A program made the translations under genes and the position numbers. Shown here one piece after another: positions 31,395-42,050 of a DNA stretch of 64,000 nucleotides (positions are counted from its first letter, which is position 1; each line of letters opens with the position of its first letter). This DNA comes from Ignavibacteriota bacterium. Lineage in GTDB: Bacteria > Bacteroidota > Ignavibacteria > UBA10030. Location of the stretch: positions 1 through 64,000 of the forward strand of contig CAVSHO010000013.1 in assembly GCA_963727825.1 (NCBI GenBank), read 5' to 3'. The notes under the pieces are model-generated. The model saw only the letters and a list, made by a program, of their open reading frames with translations, was not told where the DNA came from and did not search any database.

Positions 31395-31865
31395 TGCGGG
31401 CTCCCTTTTTACATAGCCACAAAGTAATTTAAACCATCTTTTAGTTTTAATAAAAGTATTTAATGTGTGCGGTCAACTATATCCAGTCTATATCAATATA
31501 GAATTTCTTTTTAACTGTGGCAAACAAAATGAGTTGTATTATTATAATTTAGTAAAAATATTTTCTGCATCAGTGATACAGAGTACAGAATTCCTTTTTA
31601 TTTTTTATCAGCGAACAATTCGGTACTTTGATGATGACGCCGACAGATTTACCGAGAAGTTTTTTAAACTTCATATAGGATTATTCTGATAGTGACAGTT
31701 GTAAGTTATAAGATGTTTCACTAAGTCGTTAAAAAAATGGTAGGCAAATTCTCATTTCGAGAAACTAATTCCCAAAGTGGTAAGTGATGATGCAGGTTTT
31801 CTATTTGTTCGTTGAATAGTTAACTCAAACTGAACCTTTTCCAATGTACTTTTTGAGTTAGTCCC

Positions 31866-32396
31866 TTAGACTTTCACAAACTCATGCTCACCGGATCTCA
31901 CTACGAGCACTGGGCAAGGGGCTTTCCGCACAACTTTTTCAGCCGTACTGCCGAAAAGAATATGCTCCATGCCTGAATGTCCGTGAGTGGCAATGATAAT
32001 GAGATTAATGTTTTCTTCCAAAGCGTACTGGTTAATCTCGTAAAATGGTTTTCCTGTCCGAACAATTTTACGTGAAACCACTTTATCGGTAATCTCTTTT
32101 TTTATTAGGTTTTCTAATTCATCACTTCCGCGCTTGCGCAGTTCCTCTTCAACGTTCGGAAATCCAATTTGTCCAAAACTAAAATCAGCGGGGTATATTG
32201 TAGGTTCTACAACGTAAATGAGGTCGATGGATGCTTTAAATTTCTGTGCGAAGGGTAGCGCATATTTCAAAGCATTCTTTGAATGCTCTGAAAAATCAAT
32301 AGGCACGAGAATACGCTGAATGCCAATTGATAATTTCTGAGCAGGTTTAACTTTGCGTGCTTGGATTTTCCTCTTTGGCTGGATTATTTTTGACAT
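31866..32396 (-). CDS. Universal stress protein
   Basis: RILVPIDFSEHS, IIIATHG.SG..HILFGSTAEKVVRKAPCPVLVV. Confidence 0.92.
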   Translation of the reverse strand: MSKIIQPKRKIQARKVKPAQKLSIGIQRILVPIDFSEHSKNALKYALPFAQKFKASIDLIYVVEPTIYPADFSFGQIGFPNVEEELRKRGSDELENLIKKEITDKVVSRKIVRTGKPFYEINQYALEENINLIIIATHGHSGMEHILFGSTAEKVVRKAPCPVLVVRSGEHEFVKV

Positions 32397-32955
32397 AGGA
32401 ATCCCTTTCGTCTCGTGTTTGAAGTCTCTCTAATTGACTCTTCACTTTTGAAAGTTCTTTGTCTGTCTGGCGTAATCTCTGCGCAACAATTTCTGCCAAC
32501 TTTAGTACAATTTTTATGCCTAATGTATTTTTTTTATCGATCAGTTCAAAGAGATCCGGACGAAAAAAACCAATCAGCGTACAATCAGTCTTACAGATAG
32601 CATTTGCAGAGCGCGACGATTCATCTAATAGTGCAAGTTCGCCGAAGAAATCTCCGTCTCCAAGCAACGCAAGTTCTTGTTCATTTCCATCTTTCCCTAA
32701 GATCGCGATAGACACTTCTCCATCCTCGACAATATACATTCCAAGCCCCGGATCACCTTGATAGAATACTGGCTCACCCGCACGATATTCGCGCTTGTGA
32801 ACAATTGCCGATACTTCCTTCAAATCACGTGGAGCAAGATTGGCAAATGCAGGAACCTTGCTTAAGATTTCTTCCGTCGTACCTTCCCGGATAACACGCT
32901 GGGAAAAAATATTTTTCCATATTGCGCTATCAGAATCAGATTTTGATGGTGCCAT
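32347..32955 (-). CDS. Cyclic-nucleotide-binding domain protein without a DNA-binding domain
   Basis: FYQGDPG.GMYIV..G.V, GDFFGELALL...RSANA, followed by a coiled-coil tail. Confidence 0.85.
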   Translation of the reverse strand: MAPSKSDSDSAIWKNIFSQRVIREGTTEEILSKVPAFANLAPRDLKEVSAIVHKREYRAGEPVFYQGDPGLGMYIVEDGEVSIAILGKDGNEQELALLGDGDFFGELALLDESSRSANAICKTDCTLIGFFRPDLFELIDKKNTLGIKIVLKLAEIVAQRLRQTDKELSKVKSQLERLQTRDERDSYVKNNPAKEENPSTQS

Positions 32956-32975
32956 TGCTGTTACTCCAGTTTCGT

Positions 32976-33896
32976 TTATCGAACGGGCGTCAACCAGTTA
33001 TGTTTGTCTTTTCCACTTTGAATGATTTTAAAAAATTCTTTTTGAAGTCTCTTCGTAACTGGTCCCGCATGTCCTGCTCCGACAACGATTTTATCAATAG
33101 AACGGATCGGCGTTATCTCTGCTGCCGTCCCGCTGAAGAAGACTTCATCGGCAATATACAGCATCTCTCTCGGAATTGCCATCTCACTCACCGTATAGCC
33201 AACTTCTTTTGCCAATGTGATAACAGAATCGCGCGTAATGCCAGGCAAAATTGATGAAGCAAATGGAGGCGTATAGATCATATTATCACGAATCAAAAAT
33301 ATATTTTCACCGCTTCCTTCACTTACAGTTCCATTAATATCGAGAGCAATGCCTTCGACATAACCGTTCGCGAGTGCTTCCAATTTAATTGATTGCGAGT
33401 TCAAATAATTGCCGCTGGATTTAGCCATTGTTGCAAATGTATTTGGAGCTGGACGTCGCCACGTAGAAATACAAACATCTATTCCCTTTTCTAAAGCTTC
33501 TGACCCCAGATATGCGCCCCATTCCCAAACTGCAATTGCAACGTCCACTGGACAGCCTAATGGATTCACGCCGACGTCACCGTATCCTCGGTACACAATC
33601 GGCCGTATATAGCATGCTTTGAGTTTGTTCGCAAGAATGGTTTTTTTAATCGCTTCCGTTAATTCCTCGATTGTATAAGGAACTTCTGTCCGATAAATTT
33701 TTGCGGAATCAAATAATCGGCGAAGGTGTGCATCAAGACGGAATATTGCTGGTCCCCTTTTTGTATTATAACACCGAATTCCTTCAAACCAACTAGAAGC
33801 ATAATGCACAACGTGAGAGAGCACATGAATCTTTGCATCATCCCAATTGACGAATGTTCCATTCATCCATATTTTATCAACTTTATTAACTGGCAT
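32976..33896 (-). CDS. ilvE: Branched-chain amino acid aminotransferase
   Basis: HVVHY...[42 protein letters not shown]. Confidence 0.95.
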   Translation of the reverse strand: MPVNKVDKIWMNGTFVNWDDAKIHVLSHVVHYASSWFEGIRCYNTKRGPAIFRLDAHLRRLFDSAKIYRTEVPYTIEELTEAIKKTILANKLKACYIRPIVYRGYGDVGVNPLGCPVDVAIAVWEWGAYLGSEALEKGIDVCISTWRRPAPNTFATMAKSSGNYLNSQSIKLEALANGYVEGIALDINGTVSEGSGENIFLIRDNMIYTPPFASSILPGITRDSVITLAKEVGYTVSEMAIPREMLYIADEVFFSGTAAEITPIRSIDKIVVGAGHAGPVTKRLQKEFFKIIQSGKDKHNWLTPVR

Positions 33897-33940
33897 ATTA
33901 TTCCCGATTTGTTTTGTTTAGTTATCAGTTGTCATTGATT

Positions 33941-35059
33941 CTACAAATTCAATTCATAAATCCGATATCGTTTGTTAATTACGCCTTGCATCGCTTCTGC
34001 TGATTTATTCATCCGTTCGTTATCTTCAAGAATCCAACTCGCTTCGCCATATCCATATCCGAGCTTCTTTGCATTAATAGCAGTCTCATAAAACAATGCA
34101 CCGCCTGCTCCTGTACTAAGATACTCCGGTAAAACTCCTAAGGTGATAACACGCACTAAATCGATTTCCTTTTTCTTAGTTAGAAGATGATATAGACCGG
34201 GGAGGGTGTAACCATTCTTATTATGCTTCAGCGGGATATTAATATCCGGCAGTGACAGTGAAAACCCGATAGTCTTACTGTCCTTCTCAGCAAAAATGAC
34301 GAGTTCCGGAACAATAATCATCTTCAGATCTGCAGCAAGTGCATCGAATTCTTCGTTCGTCATTGGAACAGCGCCCCAATTTTTTGCCCATGCTCTATTG
34401 TATACCTCTTTCACTCTCTCAACTTCTTCTTTGAATTTCTTATTGTTAAAGGTCCTAAAAGTAAGATTATGCCGCTTCTTAACAAGCTCATGAGCTCTAT
34501 TAAATCGATCCGTATATACTTTTTTCTGATCCAGTAAATACGCATAAAGATCCTTAACTTTTCTAAAACCGTATTTTTCAATCAATTCGACATAATACGG
34601 TGGATTGTAAGTCATCATCACGGTCGGACTAAGATCGAATCCTTCTATGAGTAATCCAATTTCGTCATTCACAGACGGATTAAAAGGCCCGCGCATGGCC
34701 GTTACGCCATGAGCGCATAAATATTCCTTAGCTTTATCGAAAAGCGCATTTGCTACCGTTTGATCATTGATGCATTCAAAAAAACCAAAGAATCCGATAT
34801 TTTCGTCGTGCTCTTTGTTGTGATTATGATTAACGATAGCGCCGATTCTGCCAATCACTTCACCTTCGTGTTCGGCGAGATAAAATTCCGCATCGCTGTG
34901 TTTATAAAATGGATTCTTTTCTCGATCCATCAACTTTTTTCGATCCATCATCAACGGAGGAACCCATGCAGGATAATCTTTATAAATCTTCCAGAGAAAT
35001 CGGATAAATGAATTCACATCTTGTCTTGAAGAAATAGATCTTATTATTAATCCATCCAT
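33941..35059 (-). CDS. GNAT-fold acyltransferase, probable bacterial ceramide synthase (bCerS/YghO family)
   Basis: WVPPL..D, KNPF, GRI.AI.N, GFFGFFECIND, MRGP.NPS.N.E.GLL, YNPPYY, SWILEDN..M. Adjacent to spt. Confidence 0.75.
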   Translation of the reverse strand: MDGLIIRSISSRQDVNSFIRFLWKIYKDYPAWVPPLMMDRKKLMDREKNPFYKHSDAEFYLAEHEGEVIGRIGAIVNHNHNKEHDENIGFFGFFECINDQTVANALFDKAKEYLCAHGVTAMRGPFNPSVNDEIGLLIEGFDLSPTVMMTYNPPYYVELIEKYGFRKVKDLYAYLLDQKKVYTDRFNRAHELVKKRHNLTFRTFNNKKFKEEVERVKEVYNRAWAKNWGAVPMTNEEFDALAADLKMIIVPELVIFAEKDSKTIGFSLSLPDINIPLKHNKNGYTLPGLYHLLTKKKEIDLVRVITLGVLPEYLSTGAGGALFYETAINAKKLGYGYGEASWILEDNERMNKSAEAMQGVINKRYRIYELNL

Positions 35060-35085
35060 TTAGAACCTCCTAAAAAAAACAGGAC

Positions 35086-35120
35086 AAAATAAAACCGCAG
35101 TTTGGTTGCAACCGCGGCTT
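35086..35120 (-). terminator. Intrinsic terminator after spt
   Basis: AAGCCGCGGUU/AACUGCGGUUU stem with G-U pairs, then a U-rich tail. Confidence 0.6.
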
Positions 35121-35153
35121 GTATTCCACTATTGTTTAAAAACGTACAATATT

Positions 35154-36368
35154 TTAGCTAATGACAGCAAACTTTTTGCCGACTTTCGTAAACACTTCTA
35201 GAATTCTATCGAGATGCTTTTTCTCGTGCGTTGCCATATAACTTGTTCGAAGCATTTCCATTCCCGGAGGTACACCAGGACGAATGAATGCATTCACGAA
35301 CACCCCTTCTTCAAAGAGCATTTTCCACATCAGCAAAACTTTTTCTGTATCGCCAATAATAACAGAGACAACAGCTGTATCGTGTTCGCTTACACGATAT
35401 CCCAATGCTTTTAATCCAGCGCGCATTGTACGAGCATTAGACATCAATTTAGTTACACGCTCAGGTTCAGCTTCGAGAATATCAAGCACGGCTAACACTG
35501 ATGCCACCGATGCAGGTGTTGGACTTGCACTGAAAATTAGAGCTGGCGCGCTGTGTTTCAGATAATCAATTACCTTAGATTCACTAACAACAAATCCTCC
35601 CAGTGATGCAAATGTTTTACTGAAGGTTCCCATCGTTAGATCGGTTTCCTTTTCAAGGCCGTAATGGCTTGCCGTTCCTCGTCCACCTTTGCCAATTACA
35701 CCAACAGCGTGGGCATCGTCAATTAATACACGTGCATTATGCTTGCGAGCAACTTTCACCATATCCGGCAGATTGACAATTTCGCCAGATGTGCTAAAAA
35801 CACCATCACTCACTATAAGTTTTGCAGATTCGGCTGGCAGTTGTGAGAGCACATGTTCTAAATGTGCCATATCATTATGCTTGTATCGAACCACAGAGTT
35901 GCTTTCTTTTGAATCATAGGATGCCATACCTGCCGCAACAAGAGTACCGGCAACAAGACTGGCGTGATTATCTTTATCTGAAACGACATAATCACCGCGT
36001 CCCACGAGTGTCGGAATGATTCCTTGTCCTGTTTGATATCCAGTGCTGAAAAGCAAGCATGCTTCTTTACCCATAAACTTCGCAAGTCGATGCTCCAATT
36101 CGACATGCAAATCAAGTGTACCCGTTAAATATCTTGAACCGGAACATCCGGTGCCGTACTTTTTCACTGCTGCAATTGCCGCTTCTTTCACTTTGGGATG
36201 CGTCGTCAATCCGAGGTAGTTGTTAGATCCAGCCATGATCACTTTACGACCTTCTATTTGAACAACAGGGCCTTCACTTTCTTCGATCGCATGAAAATAT
36301 GGATAACAGCCTAATGCTTTTACTTCATCTGCACGCGTAAAATTCCAACACTTTTCAAAAAGATCCAA
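35154..36368 (-). CDS. spt: Serine palmitoyltransferase (PLP-dependent alpha-oxoamine synthase)
   Basis: [47 protein letters not shown]. These motifs and the bCerS neighbour favour Spt over BioF/Kbl. Confidence 0.8.
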   Translation of the reverse strand: MDLFEKCWNFTRADEVKALGCYPYFHAIEESEGPVVQIEGRKVIMAGSNNYLGLTTHPKVKEAAIAAVKKYGTGCSGSRYLTGTLDLHVELEHRLAKFMGKEACLLFSTGYQTGQGIIPTLVGRGDYVVSDKDNHASLVAGTLVAAGMASYDSKESNSVVRYKHNDMAHLEHVLSQLPAESAKLIVSDGVFSTSGEIVNLPDMVKVARKHNARVLIDDAHAVGVIGKGGRGTASHYGLEKETDLTMGTFSKTFASLGGFVVSESKVIDYLKHSAPALIFSASPTPASVASVLAVLDILEAEPERVTKLMSNARTMRAGLKALGYRVSEHDTAVVSVIIGDTEKVLLMWKMLFEEGVFVNAFIRPGVPPGMEMLRTSYMATHEKKHLDRILEVFTKVGKKFAVIS

Positions 36369-36414
36369 TGAATTCTCCTAGAAAATAGTAAATGATTACA
36401 AAAAGAAGCATTTT

Positions 36415-36464
36415 TTGCTTCTTTGCACTTTTTTGAATATAGTTTAATATGAAAAGAAAGTCAA
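36415..36464. promoter_or_regulatory. Overlapping divergent sigma70-type promoters for spt and the reductase
   Basis: Plus strand TTGCTT(36415)-17-TATAGT(36438); minus strand TTGACT(36464)-17-TATATT(36441). Confidence 0.55.
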
Positions 36465-36491
36465 TGAACACTATGTTTCGAGGAGTAAACG

Positions 36492-37475
36492 ATTAACACT
36501 ATTCTTGTTACCGGAGGAACCGGTTTTATTGGAAGCCACACAGTTGAGCAATTGCTTGCGGAAGGATTTCACGTCCGGTGTCTCATACGTCCGCATCAGA
36601 CAAGTTTGAGATGGCTTCAGGACCTGCCTGTTGATCTGGTTGAATGCGATCTATTGAATTCCGCATCGATTTTAAAAAGTATTGAGGATGCAGAATATAT
36701 AATTCACATCGCAGGGGTTACTAAGGCCAAACGCCAAAGTGAATTCTTTACCGGGAATGTTACAACGACTAATAATCTTCTTTCAGCTGCAAGTCATTTG
36801 AAGCATCTGAAGAAATTCTGTTATATCAGCAGTTTAACTGCTGTAGGACCTAGTCCATCAGGCATCCCGTTGGACGAAACGGCATATTGTCGTCCTATCA
36901 CTGAGTATGCAAAATCAAAGTTAGAAGCTGAACGTATCTGTAAGCAATATTCGGAAAAACTGCAAATTGTTGTTATCCGGCCTCCTGCCGTTTTCGGACC
37001 TCGCGATTCGGATACTTTGGAAATATTCAAATGGGTTAACCTCGGATTGAAGCCTGTGCTCGGTTCATCTGAAAAAACACTTAGCCTGGTCTATGCGCCT
37101 GACCTGGCAAAGGGAATTATCCGTGCTACATTAGATGAGAGAACCTCCGGCGAAACATACAATATCGCTGATCCCACAATTTTTACTTTCTCTTCTATGA
37201 TCGACAATCTCGCTGCCATTATTCATAGAAGGACAATTCAGATATATCTCCCAAAAGGATTAGTATATTCTATGGCAGGCATTGCTCAATTTGTGTCTTT
37301 TTTTGGCGAGAGACCTGCCGTATTAAATATTGAAAAGGCTCGTGACCTTCTGCAAAAACATTGGGTTTGTGATACACGAAAAATTTATGAGCACATCGGA
37401 TTTCAAACATCAACATCCATTTATGATGGAATGAATAAAACTTTCCAATGGTATAAAGACAAGGGTTGGCTGTGA
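36492..37475 (+). CDS. Extended SDR / NAD-dependent epimerase, candidate ceramide reductase (CerR-like)
   Basis: Rossmann motif ILVTGGTGFIGS lies upstream of the ORF-track start (36552); also ISSLTA and YAKSK. Divergent from spt. Confidence 0.75.
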   Translation: MNTILVTGGTGFIGSHTVEQLLAEGFHVRCLIRPHQTSLRWLQDLPVDLVECDLLNSASILKSIEDAEYIIHIAGVTKAKRQSEFFTGNVTTTNNLLSAASHLKHLKKFCYISSLTAVGPSPSGIPLDETAYCRPITEYAKSKLEAERICKQYSEKLQIVVIRPPAVFGPRDSDTLEIFKWVNLGLKPVLGSSEKTLSLVYAPDLAKGIIRATLDERTSGETYNIADPTIFTFSSMIDNLAAIIHRRTIQIYLPKGLVYSMAGIAQFVSFFGERPAVLNIEKARDLLQKHWVCDTRKIYEHIGFQTSTSIYDGMNKTFQWYKDKGWL

Positions 37476-37567
37476 TATTTGAAATCTGTAAATTGTAAAA
37501 AGAATCAGGCAGAATGTGTCATTCCTTTGCATTGGATTATAAATTGAAAGTCTATCAGTGCATAAAA

Positions 37568-39536
37568 ATGCATCTTAGAGTATTACTCTCAATGCTATTG
37601 ACTATTTATATGGGAGGATATGCACAAACATCTATTTATAGTTCTGAGCATCAGCAAGCATTAAATAATTTTTTCTATGAAAAGGCTCTTACACATCAGC
37701 AGCATACTTTCATGGAAACAGAAACAGCAGCAAGCACCTGGTTTGATGTAACGTATTACCGTCTCGCATTAGATATTTTTACTCAATCCAACTCGATTAA
37801 AGGAGATGTCACAATCACAGGAATCTGCAGAGACAGTGTAAATACACTTACCCTTGACCTTGTGAATCAAATGCATATAGATTCTGTGCTTGTGAACGGA
37901 CAAATCCTGCCATTTACTCAAAAAATCGATTGGTTTGATATTTCACTCGATCGTTCTTATAAAATCGGACAAATTCTTTCTGTTGATGTTTTTTATGAAG
38001 GTATTCCCCTTTCAACAGGTTTTGGAAGTTTTGTATTCGATTCTCACTTAGGCGTGCCCTGGGTCCACTCACTCAGTGAACCGTATGGAGCGAAAGACTG
38101 GTGGCCTTGTAAAAATGATCCGAGCGATAAAGCCGACTCCGCAGATATCATTATTTCTTGCGATTCGACTTTTAAAGTCGGCTCGGAAGGAATTCTTGTC
38201 TCTGTTATCAACAATGGTAATGGAAGATCTACCTACCACTGGAAAGAGCGATACCCTATCGCTTCCTATCTAATTTCCATTGCGATCACTAACTATGTTC
38301 AATTCTCCAATTGGTTCCGATATTCCGCTACAGATTCTATGGAAATATTGAATTACGTTCTTCCCGAACATGATTCGACTGCACTCCAGAATCTTCCGCT
38401 TGTGGTTAACATGCTGGCGATTTATTCAAACATGTTTGGACTGTATCCATTTATTAAAGAAAAATATGGCCACGCGGAAATTAGCGGGGGTAGCTCAATG
38501 GAACATCAAACCATGACTTCTATTACATCATTTAAAGAAGATGTACTCTCGCATGAGCTTGCCCATCAATGGTTTGGAGATATGATAACATGCCGCACAT
38601 GGTCGGATCTCTGGCTAAATGAAGGTTTTGCACAATACTGTTCGGCACTTTATCGTGAACGGCAGTACGGAATCAATTGGTACTGGACTTATATGAATAC
38701 ACAGATCGATCAGGCAAAGCTGTCACAAGGTGCGATTGGAATTGCCGACACATCTAGTGTCAGCAATCTTTTCAATTCAGCTAGAATATATTCGAAAGGG
38801 TCAGTTGTATTGCATATGCTTCGGCATGTTTTAGGGGATAGCATCTTTTTCCTTTCACTATACACGTATGCCAATGATCCAGCTTTCAAATATTCGACTG
38901 CAACAATCAGGGATTTTCAATCTGTATGCGAAACAGTGTCGGAAAAAAGTCTTGCATTCTTCTTTCAAGAATGGCTTTATGGCGATAGATTTCCGGATTA
39001 TAGTTATTCATGGAAATGGAGTTCCTTGGGCGACTCCTCTTTTATTATACTAACCATCACACAATCGACAATTGGAACTTCTCCAACATTTTATACTATG
39101 CCTATTGATATTAAAATTACCGCAGCAGGAGTGAATAAAACATATACAGTATTTAACAATGCACAACTGCAGACTTTTACTATCGAGTGTCCTGTCAAAC
39201 CATCTGCAGTGCTTCTAGATCCTGAGGGATGGATTTTGAAATATTCTCTTGATGAGAACGAGCTTCCTCCCTCTACCTACCTGTTGGAGCAAAATTATCC
39301 GAATCCATTCAACTCTTCAACAACTATTTCGTACCAGATTCCAGAACGAAATCAAGTTGTTCTTAAGATATATGATATTCTCGGACGTGAAGTAGAGACA
39401 CTTGTAGATACAAGACAATTTGCCGGATACTATGAGTACCGATTGGCGTCCTCAAAATATGGCGAGTGGAATATATTTTTGCCGTTTGAATGCTGGGAGT
39501 GTACAGATGCAAAGAAAGATGGTGCTTCTTAAATGA
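37568..39536 (+). CDS. M1-family aminopeptidase with T9SS CTD (frameshift near 39440)
   Basis: WWPC, SMEHQ, HELAHQWFGD..WLNEGFA, YSKG..VLHMLR. The CTD QNYPNPFN continues in another frame as ..ASGIYFCRL..KMVLLK-TGA 39536. Confidence 0.88.
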
Positions 39537-39554
39537 AACCTTGTTCTTGACATG

Positions 39555-40559
39555 CTATAGAAATTGTTCAATAATCCAATAGGATCCTGCAGAGACAAGT
39601 GCTGAAGCTGGAATTGTAATAATCCACGCAATAATAATTTTTCCGGCAAGTCCCCACTTCACAGCGGACATACGTTTGGTTGCACCTACTCCCATAATTG
39701 CACCGGTAATAGTATGTGTAGTGCTAACTGCAATGCCGCTGAACGCAGTAATAAGCAATGTGAATGCACCGGCCGTTTCCGCACAAAACCCGCCCACAGG
39801 TTTTAATTTCGTTACCTTCTGCCCCATCGTTTTCACTATACGCCAGCCACCGAACATCGTGCCTATCGAAATAGCGGTATAGCATGGAATAATTACCCAC
39901 CATTTAATTGGAAAATCATTCGGGCCTGTAGTTTGAATAAGTTGCGCATTGATAAGCATTATTGTTATGATACCCATCGTTTTCTGGGCATCGTTTGCAC
40001 CATGTCCAAGACTATAGAAAGCCGCAGAAATAAGCTGCAACTTTCTAAAAACACCATTGATTTTTGATGATGGATGTTTGTGAAATAGCCACATTAAAAG
40101 CATCATCATACCAAAACCCAATACCATCCCAAGCATAGGAGCAACAACAATAAAAATCAGTGTTTTTATCCAGCCGTTCCAGACGATGGAACCAAAACCA
40201 GCACGCATAATTGCTGCACCACCCAGACCACCCATTAATGCATGCGAAGAACTAGAAGGAATACCAAAATACCAAGTTATAATGTTCCAAGATATCGCAC
40301 CTATCAGTGCGGCTAAGATAACGTACTCATTAACTAAATTTGGTGTAACAAGACCTTTGCCAATTGTCCTTGCAACATTGTGACCGGTAAAAAGAAATGC
40401 CGCAAGAAAATTAAAAAAAGCCGCCCACAAAACCGCTTTTCGTGGTGTAAGCACGCGTGTGGATACAATCGTTGCGATCGAATTTGCCGAATCATGAAAT
40501 CCGTTGAGGAAATCAAAAATTAATGCAATAAAAACAATAATAATAATAAGTGTTACCAT
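39555..40559 (-). CDS. pit: PiT-family inorganic phosphate transporter
   Basis: NGFHDSAN, PSSSSHA, HGANDAQK, STTH signatures. Confidence 0.93.
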   Translation of the reverse strand: MVTLIIIIVFIALIFDFLNGFHDSANSIATIVSTRVLTPRKAVLWAAFFNFLAAFLFTGHNVARTIGKGLVTPNLVNEYVILAALIGAISWNIITWYFGIPSSSSHALMGGLGGAAIMRAGFGSIVWNGWIKTLIFIVVAPMLGMVLGFGMMMLLMWLFHKHPSSKINGVFRKLQLISAAFYSLGHGANDAQKTMGIITIMLINAQLIQTTGPNDFPIKWWVIIPCYTAISIGTMFGGWRIVKTMGQKVTKLKPVGGFCAETAGAFTLLITAFSGIAVSTTHTITGAIMGVGATKRMSAVKWGLAGKIIIAWIITIPASALVSAGSYWIIEQFL

Positions 40560-40665
40560 AAAATAAAGGTCCGATCAGACCTGATTTTTAAAATATTTTC
40601 AATATTCATTATAGAATTTTGTATTGGAAGGTATAAGCAAGTTATTTAGATTTTTTTCAATAGCA

Positions 40666-41313
40666 TTAATTGTGCTTTATAAGGATACCTTCAAGAACAT
40701 TGGCAGCATCCTCACATTTATCTGTTGCAGTTTCCAATCCAACGTATACTTCTTTTATTTTAATAATCTGCACCGGATCTTTTTCTTTGTCAAATAGATC
40801 TGCTACGGCATTATCGAAAATACCGTCTGCCTGATTTTCGTATTCATTCACTTTCGTGAATGATGCCTTGAGATTATCTATTTCATTTAATTTGCGCAGA
40901 AGATGAACTCCATTCTTTAATTCCGCCATCGAAAGTACCAGCACATCAATGAGTTGACCTACTGCTTTCGGAAAGCGTGTTATTTTGTAGAGTGCGAATC
41001 TGTTTGCGCATCCATCTATTTGATCAAGGATATCGTCCAATGCCGAGGCAAGTTCATGAATATCTTCCCTGTCAATTGGAGTAACAAATGTCGAGTTAAG
41101 CTCCGAATATATTCTATGTGTTATCGAATCACCATCATGTTCGATATCTTTAATTCGCCTTGCGGCATCCTCACGCTGAATTTGTGTTTTACATAAAGGT
41201 AGAGTTTTTAATTCCACACCTGCTTTTATAAGGTTCTGCGCAGACTCTTCTAATAAATTATAAAAGTTTTCGTCATGAGGAAGCAGCATTTTCAAATATT
41301 TGTCAATTTTCAT
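40666..41313 (-). CDS. DUF47 / PhoU-like Pit accessory protein
   Basis: IEHDGD, FVTPIDREDI, ENQAD, LETATDKCEDAAN. Upstream of pit. Confidence 0.9.
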   Translation of the reverse strand: MKIDKYLKMLLPHDENFYNLLEESAQNLIKAGVELKTLPLCKTQIQREDAARRIKDIEHDGDSITHRIYSELNSTFVTPIDREDIHELASALDDILDQIDGCANRFALYKITRFPKAVGQLIDVLVLSMAELKNGVHLLRKLNEIDNLKASFTKVNEYENQADGIFDNAVADLFDKEKDPVQIIKIKEVYVGLETATDKCEDAANVLEGILIKHN

Positions 41314-41474
41314 ATTTATTCTTCATTTATTACTAAGTGACATTTTTCTTTTTCTTTAATGCAGCCAGTAATTTATTATTAGACTATTTATAATTATGTG
41401 ATAGTAAATAATTTTCCTATTAACATAGATAATGTGAAAAAGATCCTGTGAATAATTCTTGATTCTGTCTCTAA

Positions 41475-41978
41475 TTATACTGAAGACTTTAAAACCTTCT
41501 CCTGGAGTTTTTTGCGATAAGATTCGAGTTTTATGGTAAGCTCTGGATAAACAAGTGCAAGCATTTCTATTGCAAGCAATGCAGCATTCATTGCTCCATC
41601 AATAGCGACTGTTGCAACTGGAATACCGGCAGGCATCTGTACTATTGATAACAATGAATCCATTCCATTAAGAGATTTCGATTTGATAGGAATGCCGATT
41701 ACCGGTAATGTCGTAGCAGCAGCGACAATTCCTGGCAAATGCGCTGCTCCGCCTGCTCCAGCAATGATAATTTTAATTCCACGTTCTTTTGCTGCCTTTA
41801 CATAATTGATCGTATGCTCTAGTGTGCGGTGTGCAGAAAGCACTTTCATTTCGCACAGGATATCAAACTCTTTAAGGATCTGTCTCGCTGGTTCCATCGT
41901 ATCTGCATCAGAAGTGCTTCCCAATAAGATGGCAACAATCGGTATGGGAACTGTTTTTTCCGTATTTAAAAGAATCAT
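41475..41978 (-). CDS. purE: N5-carboxyaminoimidazole ribonucleotide mutase
   Basis: [39 protein letters not shown]. Confidence 0.95.
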   Translation of the reverse strand: MILLNTEKTVPIPIVAILLGSTSDADTMEPARQILKEFDILCEMKVLSAHRTLEHTINYVKAAKERGIKIIIAGAGGAAHLPGIVAAATTLPVIGIPIKSKSLNGMDSLLSIVQMPAGIPVATVAIDGAMNAALLAIEMLALVYPELTIKLESYRKKLQEKVLKSSV

Positions 41979-42050
41979 TTATTTAGTCTCCTCGTAATGA
42001 AATAATTATTTTTCAATCCATATTAACACTAATTTTAAAGAATATTAATG

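Noticed and set aside
41330-41460. PHO box upstream of DUF47-pit
   Set aside because: TGTCAC/TTCACA half-sites are present but not in 11-bp register.
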